Shown here piece after piece: positions 15,886 through 27,833 of a stretch of 64,000 nt of DNA. The DNA lies in the NCBI GenBank assembly GCA_045531235.1, contig JAZSDQ010000098.1, positions 8,554 through 72,553 on the forward strand. The letters run 5' to 3'. This DNA comes from Eubacteriales bacterium. GTDB lineage: Bacteria > Bacillota > Clostridia > Oscillospirales > SIG627. The notes beneath the pieces are model-generated. The model saw only the letters and a program-made list of their open reading frames with translations, was not told the DNA's origin and ran no database searches. Position 1 is the stretch's first letter; the number at the start of each line of letters is the position of its first letter. The position numbers and the translations under genes are program-made.

Positions 15886-17241
15886 TTATGAATTCAGGGT
15901 TTCCAGCAGGGAAAGCATTCCCTTTACCATCACTTCATCTGCACCTTTTTTATAGCTGGAGGTCAAAACTTCATAACCACCCTCTTCGTAAGCGCGGCTC
16001 GTTCCCACATATCCGCAGGAAGCATTGGTCTGACAAGCCAGGATCATCTTCTTAAAAGGGGATGTTTCCGAAATCCGTCTTCCAATCTCGGTAAAAGGCT
16101 CACCGGGAAGGCCTGCAAACACAAATTCTCCCAGGCGAACAGCATATATGGAAAACTGATAAAAATCAGGCTCTTTTTCCATTCTCACAATGCGTCTTGC
16201 CTCGGGAACGCTCATTCCGCAGGGAACATATTTTTCTCCCTTTTCATAAGCGGCAAGATATTCGCTATAGATTTTCTTCGCTTCTTCCAAGCGAAAGGAG
16301 TCGCGGTTGGTGGGAAGATTAAGCTCTACGGCACCGAAACTGATCTTGTCTGTTTTCACTTCCTCGGCACGGTCACAAATCTTCAGGACCTCTCCTGCAA
16401 TGACTCTGCCCATATAGCGGGCGTGATCGATTTTGCCTTTGGGATCTCCCTTTTCTTTTTTCTCATTGATCACACCCCAATCCGGCGCAAACGGGGTAAT
16501 ATGGTTCACATCCCCTTGTGGCCCCAAAAGGAACATGCATCGGCTTTCAGGGACCGCTCCTTCCAGAACAGAGCACAGGTAACCGGGCCAATCGGCACTG
16601 ACGTATTCCCCGCCGACGGTATCAGCGTGAGTACCGAAATTCACAAAATAGATATCCCCTGCCCCGTCTCTTTCCACCTTCAGAAGACGTACTTCTTCAT
16701 TTGGCACACCCAAGGGATGATCGACCTCGGGATCCAGCGGTTTCGGATTGGTCTTTACACTGCCGTCTTTCATACGGTAGCGACGAATAAAGGAAATTCC
16801 CTTGGCTTCCCCTTTGGCAAAAAACATTCTTGACGGCGCAAGATCCTCCAAGGCCTCCAGACTCGCTTCAACCGCGCACTGCTTCAAAAATTCAAGATAA
16901 GAGGGGTCTACATAGGTATCTGAGGCAAAATCTTTGCCTGTTAAAGGACCGGTATGGGTATGGGAAACGGAAAGAAGAATGGCATCGGGAGAAAGTCCAA
17001 CTTTTTCAGCAACAAGACTACGTATTTCCAAGGAAAGCGGCTTAGAAATCAGACAGATATCCAGGGTCATCACAAGTGCCTTTTCACCCTCAGTTTCCAA
17101 TATTGCCGCACGGACAAAAAGAGGATCCAATACGCCCTTGACAACACGGGAACGATAATAACCCACCAAAGGAGTCCCCAAAGGCGGCGTGATTTCTTTT
17201 TTACCAAATCCAACACTTAAGCTAAGACCTTTTTTGTCCAT
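15886..17241 (-). CDS. Neutral/alkaline ceramidase-like N-terminal domain protein
   Basis: 451 aa. Motifs: GFGKKEITPPLGTPLVGYY...DPLFVRAAIL and SHTHTGP. Confidence 0.55.
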   Translation of the reverse strand: MDKKGLSLSVGFGKKEITPPLGTPLVGYYRSRVVKGVLDPLFVRAAILETEGEKALVMTLDICLISKPLSLEIRSLVAEKVGLSPDAILLSVSHTHTGPLTGKDFASDTYVDPSYLEFLKQCAVEASLEALEDLAPSRMFFAKGEAKGISFIRRYRMKDGSVKTNPKPLDPEVDHPLGVPNEEVRLLKVERDGAGDIYFVNFGTHADTVGGEYVSADWPGYLCSVLEGAVPESRCMFLLGPQGDVNHITPFAPDWGVINEKKEKGDPKGKIDHARYMGRVIAGEVLKICDRAEEVKTDKISFGAVELNLPTNRDSFRLEEAKKIYSEYLAAYEKGEKYVPCGMSVPEARRIVRMEKEPDFYQFSIYAVRLGEFVFAGLPGEPFTEIGRRISETSPFKKMILACQTNASCGYVGTSRAYEEGGYEVLTSSYKKGADEVMVKGMLSLLETLNS

Positions 17242-17607
17242 CTTCCTTCTCCAAACATTTCTTTCATTTTAGCAAAAAATAGAAACACTTGTCAATCAAT
17301 TCCCACAAGAAAACTCAGCAAAAAGACAATCAAAACTTTCCCATTTCCGTAATAAATCTCTTAACATCACCTTTTGAGAGTAATTTTTTAGGTACTTGCC
17401 AAAAAAATTCATAAAATATTCATTGAAAACAAAAAAACAAAAGCATTATATCACATCGACTCTCTTTTTCTATTTTTAGAAAAATAAATTAATGAGCCGC
17501 CCTCGCCTTTAAAAAATAATTTTTTAACTTTATATGTTTATTTTGAAAAAGGAATCTCGTTTGCTTGCAATACTTGGAAAGAACTTGTAGAAATTACCGA
17601 AAATCCA

Positions 17608-17635
17608 TTGTAAAAATTGGAAAAAATGCTATAAT
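17608..17635 (+). promoter_or_regulatory. Putative gdhA promoter
   Basis: TTGTAA, a 16-nt spacer, then TATAAT. It is flanked and overlapped by two AAATCCATTGT direct repeats. Confidence 0.45.
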
Positions 17636-17713
17636 AAATCCATTGTTTGCTTAAATTTTCAATTTGGGCATAATAAATATGCGTTTCGCGAAGAGAAAAA
17701 AGGAGTTACGATA

Positions 17714-19063
17714 ATGAACGAATATGTAAAGCGCGTCATCGACTATGTAAAAGAAAAGCATAGCAGTGAACCCGAATTTGTGCAGACGGTAGAAGAAGTA
17801 CTTTCTTCCGTTTCCCCTATGATCGACAAGCACCCCGAATATGAGAAGGCAGATATCCTGACCCGCATGGTTGAGCCTGAGCGTATGTTCACCTTCCGTG
17901 TGGTCTGGACCGACGATGCCGGCAATACTCATACCAATATCGGTTACCGTTGTCAGTTCAACGGTGCCATCGGCCCCTACAAGGGAGGCCTTCGCTTCCA
18001 GAAAAATGTTTGCCCCAGCATCATCAAGTTCCTGGGCTTTGAGCAGACCTTCAAAAACAGCCTCACCGGTCTTCCCATGGGCGGCGCCAAGGGTGGTTCC
18101 GATTTTGATCCTGCAGGTAAGAGCGATGCGGAAGTTATGCGCTTCTGCCAGTCCTTTATGACAGCACTTTACCGCTACATCGGTCCCGATATTGACGTAC
18201 CCGCAGGTGATATGGGCGTAGGCGGTCGCGAGATCGGCTATCTCTTCGGTCAGTATCGCCGTCTGAAGGGCGTTTGGGAAAACGGCGTTCTCACCGGCAA
18301 GGGTCTCAGCTACGGCGGCTCTCTGGTTCGTCCCGAGGCTACCGGCTACGGCGCTGTTTACTACCTCCAGGAAGTATTGAAGCACGAAAACGATAGCATT
18401 GAAGGCAAGCGCATTGCCGTTTCCGGCTACGGTAACGTAGGCTGGGGTATTATGAAGAAGGCCGCAGAGCTTGGCGCTAAGGTTACCTATTTTGCGGGTC
18501 CCGACGGATACATTCACGATCCCGAAGGTGTAACCGGTGAAAAGCTTGACTATATTCTGGAAATGCGCGCGAAGGATCCCATGCACTGCCAGCCCTACGC
18601 TGAAAAATACGGCGTAGAATTCGTTCCCGGTGAAAAGTGCTGGGGCGTAAAGGACGTAGATATTTATATGCCCGCTGCTGTTCAGAATGACGTTCGTATG
18701 GATTCTGCAGAGAAGATCGCCGCCTCCGGTGTAAAATACTACATCGAGGTTGCCAATATGCCCACCACCAACGATGCCCTTGAGTTCCTGCGCAAGCAGC
18801 CTCACATGATCGTTGCTCCCTCCAAGGCAGTAAACGCCGGCGGTGTTGCTGTTTCCGGTCTGGAAATGAGCCAGAACTCCGAGCGTCTCAGCTGGTCTGC
18901 CGAAGAGGTTGATGAAAAGCTGAAGACCATTATGAAAAACATCCACGATATGAGCATGGAAGCTGCCGAGGAATACGGTCTCGGCTACGACCTGGTAGCA
19001 GGTGCAAACCTTGCAGGCTTTAAAAAGGTTGCCACCGCTATGATGGAAGAAGGTCTCTTCTAA
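17714..19063 (+). CDS. gdhA: NADP-specific glutamate dehydrogenase
   Basis: 449 aa. Motifs: GGLRFQ, GGAKGGSDFDP and GYGNVG. Confidence 0.93.
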   Translation: MNEYVKRVIDYVKEKHSSEPEFVQTVEEVLSSVSPMIDKHPEYEKADILTRMVEPERMFTFRVVWTDDAGNTHTNIGYRCQFNGAIGPYKGGLRFQKNVCPSIIKFLGFEQTFKNSLTGLPMGGAKGGSDFDPAGKSDAEVMRFCQSFMTALYRYIGPDIDVPAGDMGVGGREIGYLFGQYRRLKGVWENGVLTGKGLSYGGSLVRPEATGYGAVYYLQEVLKHENDSIEGKRIAVSGYGNVGWGIMKKAAELGAKVTYFAGPDGYIHDPEGVTGEKLDYILEMRAKDPMHCQPYAEKYGVEFVPGEKCWGVKDVDIYMPAAVQNDVRMDSAEKIAASGVKYYIEVANMPTTNDALEFLRKQPHMIVAPSKAVNAGGVAVSGLEMSQNSERLSWSAEEVDEKLKTIMKNIHDMSMEAAEEYGLGYDLVAGANLAGFKKVATAMMEEGLF

Positions 19064-19069
19064 AAAGCA

Positions 19070-19098
19070 AAAAAAGCACCCTTTCGGGTGCTTTTTTT
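19070..19098 (+). terminator. gdhA terminator
   Basis: AAAAAAGCACCC-TTTC-GGGTGCTTTTTTT. Confidence 0.85.
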
Positions 19099-19106
19099 AT
19101 CGATGA

Positions 19107-19140
19107 TAAAAGCCTCGATGAAAGTCATCGAGGCTTTTTA
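19107..19140 (-). terminator. thrS terminator
   Basis: Palindrome AAAGCCTCGATGA-AAG-TCATCGAGGCTTT. Confidence 0.75.
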
Positions 19141-19141
19141 T

Positions 19142-20908
19142 TTACGCGCGTTTTTTGGTTTCGGTGGTGATCTTTTCGATAAAGGCTTCGAGAGACATCA
19201 CTTCCGTTTCTGCCGTATCGCGGTTACGAACGGAAACCGTGCCTTCATCCACTTCCTTGCCGCCGAGAATGAGCATATAAGGAACACGGTCTACCATCTG
19301 CGCTTCGCGGATCTTGTAGCCGATCTTCTCGTTTCTGTCGTCCAGCTCGCAGCGAATACCTGCGGCACGAATGGCCTTATAAACCTTTTCGGAGTATTCC
19401 ATGCTCTTTTCGGAAACGGGAAGTACCTTCACCTGAACGGGAGCAAGCCATGCGGGGAACTTACCTGCAAAATGCTCGGTAAGAATACCGATAAAGCGCT
19501 CAATAGAACCGAAGCATACTCTGTGGATCATAATGGGACGCTTCTTTGCGCCGGTTTCATCTACGTATTCCAATTGGAAGTTGATGGGCATCTGGAAGTC
19601 CAGCTGAATGGTGCCGCACTGCCAGCTTCTGCCAAGGCTGTCTTCCAGGTGGAAGTCGATCTTGGGACCGTAGAACGCGCCGTCGCCTTCATTGATGATA
19701 TAATCAAGACCAAGCTTTTCCAAAGCGCCTTTCAGACCTTCGGTAGCTGCTTCCCAGTCCTCATCGCTACCCATGGAGTTTTCGGGACGGGTGGAAAGCT
19801 CAATAAAGTATTTAAAGCCGAATTTGGTATATACTTCGTTGATCATATCTACAACGCCCATAATTTCGCTGGTGATCTGATCGGGGCGCATAAAGATATG
19901 GGCATCGTCCTGAGTGAAGCAGCGCACACGGAACAGACCGTGGAGCGCGCCCTTCAGTTCGTGTCTGTGAACAAGACCAAGTTCCCCTACGCGCATGGGA
20001 AGATCACGGTAGGAGTGGGGGCTGGAACGGTAAACCATCACGCCGCCGGGGCAGTTCATCGGCTTGATGCAGTAGGTTTCTTCATCAATGGTAGTGGAAT
20101 ACATATTGTCCTTGTAGTGATCCCAGTGACCGCTGGTTTCCCACAGGGCGCGGTTCATGATCATAGGAGTGGAAACCTCTACGTAATGATCTCTGTAGTG
20201 GATCTCTCTCCAATAATCAATGAGGGCATTTTTCAGCGCCATACCGCGAGGCAGGAAGAAAGGAAATCCGGGGCCTTCCTCGCAAAGCATAAACAGACCC
20301 ATCTCCTTGCCGATGCGGCGATGGTCACGCTTTTCTGCTTCTTCCATCAGTCTCAGATGCTCTTCCAATTCTTCCTGAGAACGGAAAGCAATACCGCCGA
20401 TACGGGTAAGCATCTTATTGTTTTTATCGTTCTTCCAATATGCGCCGGACTGCTGGGTGATCTTAAACGCCTTCAGCGCCTTGGTGTAGGTCAGGTGAGG
20501 TCCGATACACATATCAATGTATTCGCCCTGCTGATAGAAGCTGATGGGGGCGCTCTCATCCAGATCGCCGATATGCTCCACCTTATACTTCTCTTTTCTC
20601 TCTTCCATCAAAGCAATGGCTTCTTCTCTGGGAAGAATAAAAGGCTTAATGGGAAGATTCTCTTTCACAATTTTGCGCATTTCGTTTTCGATGCGAACCA
20701 GATCTTCATCGCTGAGCTTCTCCTCGCCAAGATCCACGTCATAGAAAAATCCCTTTTCCGTGGCAGGGCCAAAGGCAAAATCAGCCTGGGGATACAGGCG
20801 CTTTCCCGCCTGGGCAAGCACGTGCGCCGCCGTGTGGCGAATGACCTGAAGCTCTTCTTCGGGAGTCAGATCGTCACGGATCGCACCGTCATAACAAATT
20901 ACTTTCAT
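19142..20908 (-). CDS. thrS: Threonine--tRNA ligase, short form lacking most of the N-terminal TGS domain
   Basis: The start is trimmed to MKVICYDG, which follows an AAGGAGG site. The track's 46-47 extra codons run into the T-box leader. Class II motifs and the editing-domain motif IRHTAAHVLA are present. Confidence 0.9.
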   Translation of the reverse strand: MKVICYDGAIRDDLTPEEELQVIRHTAAHVLAQAGKRLYPQADFAFGPATEKGFFYDVDLGEEKLSDEDLVRIENEMRKIVKENLPIKPFILPREEAIALMEERKEKYKVEHIGDLDESAPISFYQQGEYIDMCIGPHLTYTKALKAFKITQQSGAYWKNDKNNKMLTRIGGIAFRSQEELEEHLRLMEEAEKRDHRRIGKEMGLFMLCEEGPGFPFFLPRGMALKNALIDYWREIHYRDHYVEVSTPMIMNRALWETSGHWDHYKDNMYSTTIDEETYCIKPMNCPGGVMVYRSSPHSYRDLPMRVGELGLVHRHELKGALHGLFRVRCFTQDDAHIFMRPDQITSEIMGVVDMINEVYTKFGFKYFIELSTRPENSMGSDEDWEAATEGLKGALEKLGLDYIINEGDGAFYGPKIDFHLEDSLGRSWQCGTIQLDFQMPINFQLEYVDETGAKKRPIMIHRVCFGSIERFIGILTEHFAGKFPAWLAPVQVKVLPVSEKSMEYSEKVYKAIRAAGIRCELDDRNEKIGYKIREAQMVDRVPYMLILGGKEVDEGTVSVRNRDTAETEVMSLEAFIEKITTETKKRA

Positions 20909-20933
20909 CATGTCCTCCTTATTCTCGGGGGGT

Positions 20934-21135
20934 AAAAAAATAACACCCCGAAAGCATTGTGCTTTCGGGGTGAGTTTGATCCCACGGTTCCACCCGAATT
21001 CGGATAAATATCCGCACTCTTTTCTCCGTTTCGCGGAGCGCGCCGCCATTTCCTGCGGAACTTAAAAGGATGGTACGAAAAAAACACCGAACGGCAGCTT
21101 ACACCTTGCCTGCCTCTCTGTGGAACGGCTCTTTC
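20934..21135 (-). promoter_or_regulatory. T-box leader (threonine specifier) with terminator
   Basis: The minus strand reads AGAGAGGCAGGCAAGGTGTAAGCTG..., then CGTACCATCC (ACC codon followed by a purine), then the T-box sequence GAATTCGGGTGGAACCGTGGGA. It ends in the terminator CACCCCGAAAGCACAATGCTTTCGGGGTG followed by a T-run. Confidence 0.85.
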
Positions 21136-21271
21136 TTTCCGCTTGTTCCTATTTTCATTATAATCCTTTTCTTTTTTCTTGTCAATATTTGTTTTCCTTT
21201 ACAAAAAAAGTGGGCTATGGTAAAATGAGAAAAATACGAGCATATCCTATATAAAAATGAAAGGATACGGT

Positions 21272-22111
21272 ATGGCAAATTTTATTGAGACTTTAAAGGT
21301 TCTTTTCCTCGGCATTGTGGAGGGAATCACCGAGTGGCTTCCCATCAGCTCCACGGGGCACATGCTCCTGGTAGATGAATTTCTGCAAATGAAAGAAACG
21401 GAAGAATTTAAGGAGCTGTTTTTCATTGTGATTCAGCTCGGCGCCATTCTGGCGGTGATCCTTCTGTTTTGGGAAAGGCTCTTCCCTTTTGAGATCCGCA
21501 AAAAGGCAGAGGGCGGCATCAAGATCAAAAAGAACATTATGATCATGTGGGGCAAAGTCGTTTTAGCCTGCATTCCCGGTGCGGCGGCAGTTTTCCTTTT
21601 TGACGATTATATCGAAGCCCATTTTGAAACGCCTACGGTTATTGCATTGGCGCTGATCCTTTACGGCATCGCTTTTCTTATCGTTGAAAAGAAAAATGCC
21701 GATTCCCCCGGAAAAATTACTTCCGTAGACGAGATCAGCTACAAAAATGCGTTTCTCATCGGTCTGTTTCAGGTGCTTTCCATCATTCCCGGCACCAGCC
21801 GTTCCGGCTCTACCATCATCGGCGCAAGGCTTCTCGGCATCAGCCGCGTAGCTGCCGCGGAATTTACCTTTTTCCTTGCCGTCCCCGTTATGGCAGGCTA
21901 CAGTCTTTTAAAGCTCTTGAAATTCGGCTTTGATTTTACAGGCTCTCAGCTCCTGCTTCTCGGCATTGGCTGTCTTTCCGCTTTTATTACCTCTTATTTC
22001 TGTATCAAATTCTTAATGGACTATGTAAAGAAGCATTCCTTCGCTGCCTTCGGTTGGTACCGCATCGCTCTCGGCGCGGTGGTATTAGCTTACTTTCATC
22101 TTTTTCTCTAA
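21272..22111 (+). CDS. uppP: Undecaprenyl-diphosphate phosphatase
   Basis: EGITEWLPISSTGHMLL and the PGTSRSG motif. The start is trimmed to MANFIETL. Confidence 0.9.
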   Translation: MANFIETLKVLFLGIVEGITEWLPISSTGHMLLVDEFLQMKETEEFKELFFIVIQLGAILAVILLFWERLFPFEIRKKAEGGIKIKKNIMIMWGKVVLACIPGAAAVFLFDDYIEAHFETPTVIALALILYGIAFLIVEKKNADSPGKITSVDEISYKNAFLIGLFQVLSIIPGTSRSGSTIIGARLLGISRVAAAEFTFFLAVPVMAGYSLLKLLKFGFDFTGSQLLLLGIGCLSAFITSYFCIKFLMDYVKKHSFAAFGWYRIALGAVVLAYFHLFL

Positions 22112-22121
22112 TATGCAATAA

Positions 22122-22151
22122 AAAAAGACCAAGCCTTGGCTTGGTCTTTTT
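22122..22151. terminator. Bidirectional terminator between uppP and groEL
   Basis: AAAAAGACCAAGCC-TTGG-CTTGGTCTTTTT. Confidence 0.8.
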
Positions 22152-22162
22152 TCTTTATTCAA

Positions 22163-24152
<1,990 letters not shown>

Positions 24153-24235
24153 ATTCTGTTTTTATTATACCCTATCCCCGGCAAAAAGCAAGGTTTGGGA
24201 ATGAATATTAACACTTTTTTCACATTTTTCCAAGC

Positions 24236-24970
24236 CTAGGAATGAATGGTATCGTTTTCTGTACGATGAAGCAGTCCCGAGCGCAAAATGGCGCCGAAAA
24301 CCTTCTCCTTAATATCGGGATTTTCTTTGGCGAGAGTACGAAGGAGATTTTTCATATCTTCCCGCACCGTATTTTTATCCGCAGGGCAAAAAGAGGGACA
24401 AACGGGCATGGGATTTTTATTGGTAAAATACACAAGATCCTTTTCCTCGGTATACACGAAGGGGCGGATCACCTTAACACCGCTTTTCGTCAGCTCCGTC
24501 ACAGGCAAAAAGGTATCGATCCTGCCTGCATAAAAAAGATTCATCAAAAAAGTATCAATAAGATCGTCCCGATGATGGGCAAGAGCGAGGGTGGACGAGC
24601 CCATTTCCTTGACGGCATCGCAAAGGATCCCGCGCTTCATTTTTGAGCAAAGAGAGCAAGGATTCTTTTCTTTTCTTACATCAAAGATCAGTTTTCCAAG
24701 TTCCGTTTTTTCCACGCGATATTCTACCCCAAGCTCCTCAAGATAACGGGCAATGGGGCTGTAATCCGCCTGAGGGAAGCCCATATCCACCGTCAGCGCT
24801 TTGACAGTAATCCTCTTTGGGTGAAAGCGAGATAAATGAGCCAAAGCAGTCACCAGTGCAAGAGAATCCTTGCCGCCGGAAACGCCGACCACCACCGTTT
24901 CGCCCTCTTGGAGCATAGAAAAGTCATCCAGCCCCTTACGGGTGATGCTCATCAGTTTCTGTATGGTCAC
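24236..24970 (-). CDS. PP-loop ATPase, tRNA 2-thiocytidine (TtcA-like) family
   Basis: VGVSGGKDSLAL (PP-loop) and NPCSLCSKMKRG (CxxC). Confidence 0.75.
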   Translation of the reverse strand: MTIQKLMSITRKGLDDFSMLQEGETVVVGVSGGKDSLALVTALAHLSRFHPKRITVKALTVDMGFPQADYSPIARYLEELGVEYRVEKTELGKLIFDVRKEKNPCSLCSKMKRGILCDAVKEMGSSTLALAHHRDDLIDTFLMNLFYAGRIDTFLPVTELTKSGVKVIRPFVYTEEKDLVYFTNKNPMPVCPSFCPADKNTVREDMKNLLRTLAKENPDIKEKVFGAILRSGLLHRTENDTIHS

Positions 24971-27785
24971 TTTTTTCTCCTTGGCTGATTTCTTTTTCTT
25001 CCGAATTCAATTCTTCTTCCGTTGAAACCGCAAGGGTTTCTTCTGCAGTTATTGCGCTTTCTTCTTTTTCCTCAGCACCCGTCAATGCCATAGGCTCTTT
25101 TTCGGGGAACAAGCGGAAGCCTTTTTTCTCTGCCACGGCAAGGCAGACAAAAATAAGAACGGAAACAAGGGAGATCCATCTTCCCTTGGCATAGCCTGCA
25201 GGTGAATAGGAAAAGCTGAGGCTGTGCTCCCCTTCTTCCAGATACATACCGACGAAAGCGCCGGCAAAAGGAACAAGTTCCGCCTTTTCACCGTCTACCA
25301 GAACCGTCCAGTTCTTATCCAGCTCCATGGGAATGGAGGTGTAGAGATAACCGTCTTCCTTGGCAGTCACGGTTGCGGTAAGGGAAGTATCTTCAAAAGA
25401 AGTCAGCTTCATTTTGTTTTCTTTCAGAATGGCAAGACCTTTTTCCCACAAAGCGGTATCAATGACACAAACGTGGAAGGTTGCCGTTCCCGAAAATTCA
25501 CTCAGCCCTTCGTCGTCAATGACGGTGCGGAGAATAAAGCTCTCTCCCGAGGAAAAATAGCCTGCCGAAAAGAAATTGGGATATTCTTCAATGCAGTGCC
25601 AGGCATTGTTGACCTGAACGTAATTTGCCATGGGGACATCTGCATAAATATAGACATTTCCCGAAGACGGCACGGTGTAGGAAAGGCGAAGGACGCGCTC
25701 TGCCTCTTTTCCTTCCTCCACCGTATCACTGACAAATTCAAACAGACCGTTCTCTTTTCTGTCTGCCTGAATTCCCAGCTGATCCCCTGCAGAAGGATCG
25801 ATTCTTTGGAAAAGATCCCCTTCCAACCCCGTCAAAGCGGAGAACATGGCGTTCTGCTTTTCATAGGGCATCATCGTATCATCAAAAGCAAATTCCCCTG
25901 CCCCCTCGTCTGCCATAAAGCCAAGGCCGAGAAATTCCGTGTTTTCATACAAGGTAACGTTACTTCCGTTGGGGAAAGACTGCACCAATTTCAGTCCTTG
26001 ATCCGTCAAAGTTCCGTTTTTGCTGATAAGATATTTAATACCCAAAAGGGTATTCATCAGAGGCGTTCCGTGAACATAAACGAAGCGGTTGCTGCCATCA
26101 TCGGCAGGCATACCCACTTTTTCCATAAATCGGGATACGTTTCGATTGGCGGAAGATGCAAATTGGGAAATTCCGTTATAATTGTAAAAACAGGAATCGT
26201 TAAGGCTTCGCCACTCCGTCACTTCCGTACGGTAAAAGAGCTCTCCGTCCTTCTCCAATTCTGCCGCATGATCCACCACAGACTGCACGGCTTCACCGGT
26301 TTCTCCGTCAAAATAATATTCGTAGCTTGTCGTACCTACTTCGTGGATACCAAGATACGCCGCCGCAGTCAATTCTACGGTAAGAACGGCGCAAAGAATG
26401 GCGGAAAACGTCCTTTTGTTCAAAATTTTCACTGAGAACAGCACACAAATGATGGTCATTAAGGCAAAAACAGCCACCGTCGCCAAAATACTCCAATCGG
26501 GATAGTAGCCGTAGGCGGAAAAGGTGATCAGACCGGAGAACAAGATCATTCCGATTCCATCCACCAGATCAAAGCCCAAAAGTCCCTTTTTGTAATAGCG
26601 ATACGCCATAACCACCACTACGAAAGCAAAAAGAAAGGCAAAGCGGTAGGGGATCATATTGGTAAAGTGCATACCGTGCCAAACATAGTTTGCAACACTG
26701 AAATTCATAGAGAAAAGAAGGATCGCCAGGAGGAAGAACGCCACCATTTTTTCGCGGAAGGGAATCTTCTTTGCCCACAGAAAAGCAAAGGCAAAAAGGG
26801 AGATCACCGCCGCGGTGGAAAGATTAGGCAGACCGTCCATCACTGCGGGAATATGGAAGGAGGTAAGAGGCGTAAAGAGATCTCTTACGGATTCGTAAAA
26901 TGAAACATATACCCCGACCTCTCCCGTGGTGGAGGCAGTATTCATAAGCCCGAAAAATGCAGGGAGCAAAAGAACCACCGTCATTCCCGCGCCGAGAATG
27001 GAGGTGAGAAGCAAACGAAATCCTTTTTTGAAAAAGCCGGAAAGACTCACCTTGTCAATGACACAAAGTGCAAAAAACAAAAGAATGATGAAAAGGCAGC
27101 TCATATAGCCAATATAGTAATTGGAAAAAAGGCTGAGTGCCAGAACAAAAACGTAAAGAGCCGTCTTTCCTTCTCGGAACAGCTTTAAAAAGCTAAGGCA
27201 CAACAGAGGAAGCAAAGCGACCGTATCCAGCCACATCATATTCCAGAAATAGCCGAGAATATATCCGCTGAGGGCGTAACCCAAGGAGAAGAAAACACCG
27301 CCCCAACCTGTATTTTTAAACGCTTTCCGTAAAAACAGGTACATAAAAAAGCCTGCAAGGGCAATACGGATCACCACAAAGAGAGTGAACAAAAAGCGGA
27401 ATTCTCTGACGGGCACCAAAAGAAGCAATAGATTCAAGGGACTGGAGCCGTAGTAAGAAAGCATGGAAAGAAAATTGGTTCCCATACCCATGGACCAATC
27501 GTAAAGAAGGCTGGTGCCCTCATGGAAATGATCCCACAGCTTCAGAACAAAGGGGTAATACTGATGCCAGCCATCATAGTTTATGATCTGTCCGTCGCCA
27601 AAAGGATACACTCCCTCCACAGCAAGGAACAGAGAGAAAATAAAAAAGGGCAACAAAAACGATGCGAGAAGGGGTAGTTTTCCCGATCTCGTCTTTTCCA
27701 CAAAATCAAAGAAAGAATTTCCTTTTTTGATTTCTTCTTTTTTCGTTTCTTCCTCCCGAGAGAGAGGGATCATTTTTTCTTCCAT
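24936..27785 (-). CDS. YfhO family membrane protein (putative cell-envelope glycosyltransferase)
   Basis: 949 aa. The N-terminus reads YPFGDGQIINYDGWHQYYPFVLKLWDH...LYDWSMGMGTNF, which is typical of YfhO. It has many TM helices and a large extracytoplasmic C-terminal domain. Confidence 0.8.
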   Translation of the reverse strand: MEEKMIPLSREEETKKEEIKKGNSFFDFVEKTRSGKLPLLASFLLPFFIFSLFLAVEGVYPFGDGQIINYDGWHQYYPFVLKLWDHFHEGTSLLYDWSMGMGTNFLSMLSYYGSSPLNLLLLLVPVREFRFLFTLFVVIRIALAGFFMYLFLRKAFKNTGWGGVFFSLGYALSGYILGYFWNMMWLDTVALLPLLCLSFLKLFREGKTALYVFVLALSLFSNYYIGYMSCLFIILLFFALCVIDKVSLSGFFKKGFRLLLTSILGAGMTVVLLLPAFFGLMNTASTTGEVGVYVSFYESVRDLFTPLTSFHIPAVMDGLPNLSTAAVISLFAFAFLWAKKIPFREKMVAFFLLAILLFSMNFSVANYVWHGMHFTNMIPYRFAFLFAFVVVVMAYRYYKKGLLGFDLVDGIGMILFSGLITFSAYGYYPDWSILATVAVFALMTIICVLFSVKILNKRTFSAILCAVLTVELTAAAYLGIHEVGTTSYEYYFDGETGEAVQSVVDHAAELEKDGELFYRTEVTEWRSLNDSCFYNYNGISQFASSANRNVSRFMEKVGMPADDGSNRFVYVHGTPLMNTLLGIKYLISKNGTLTDQGLKLVQSFPNGSNVTLYENTEFLGLGFMADEGAGEFAFDDTMMPYEKQNAMFSALTGLEGDLFQRIDPSAGDQLGIQADRKENGLFEFVSDTVEEGKEAERVLRLSYTVPSSGNVYIYADVPMANYVQVNNAWHCIEEYPNFFSAGYFSSGESFILRTVIDDEGLSEFSGTATFHVCVIDTALWEKGLAILKENKMKLTSFEDTSLTATVTAKEDGYLYTSIPMELDKNWTVLVDGEKAELVPFAGAFVGMYLEEGEHSLSFSYSPAGYAKGRWISLVSVLIFVCLAVAEKKGFRLFPEKEPMALTGAEEKEESAITAEETLAVSTEEELNSEEKEISQGEKSDHTETDEHHP

Positions 27786-27833
27786 AAAATTCTCCGTTTT
27801 AAAACAAAAAGGAGGTCTTCGCCTCCTTTTTAT

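Noticed and set aside
17651-18946. A 431-aa minus-strand ORF
   Set aside because: It is antisense to gdhA. Its Gly/Ala/Val-rich translation is typical of the reverse frame of a highly expressed gene.
19088-20935. A 615-aa + strand ORF
   Set aside because: It is antisense to thrS, which has clear class II synthetase motifs and a T-box leader. It is a shadow ORF.
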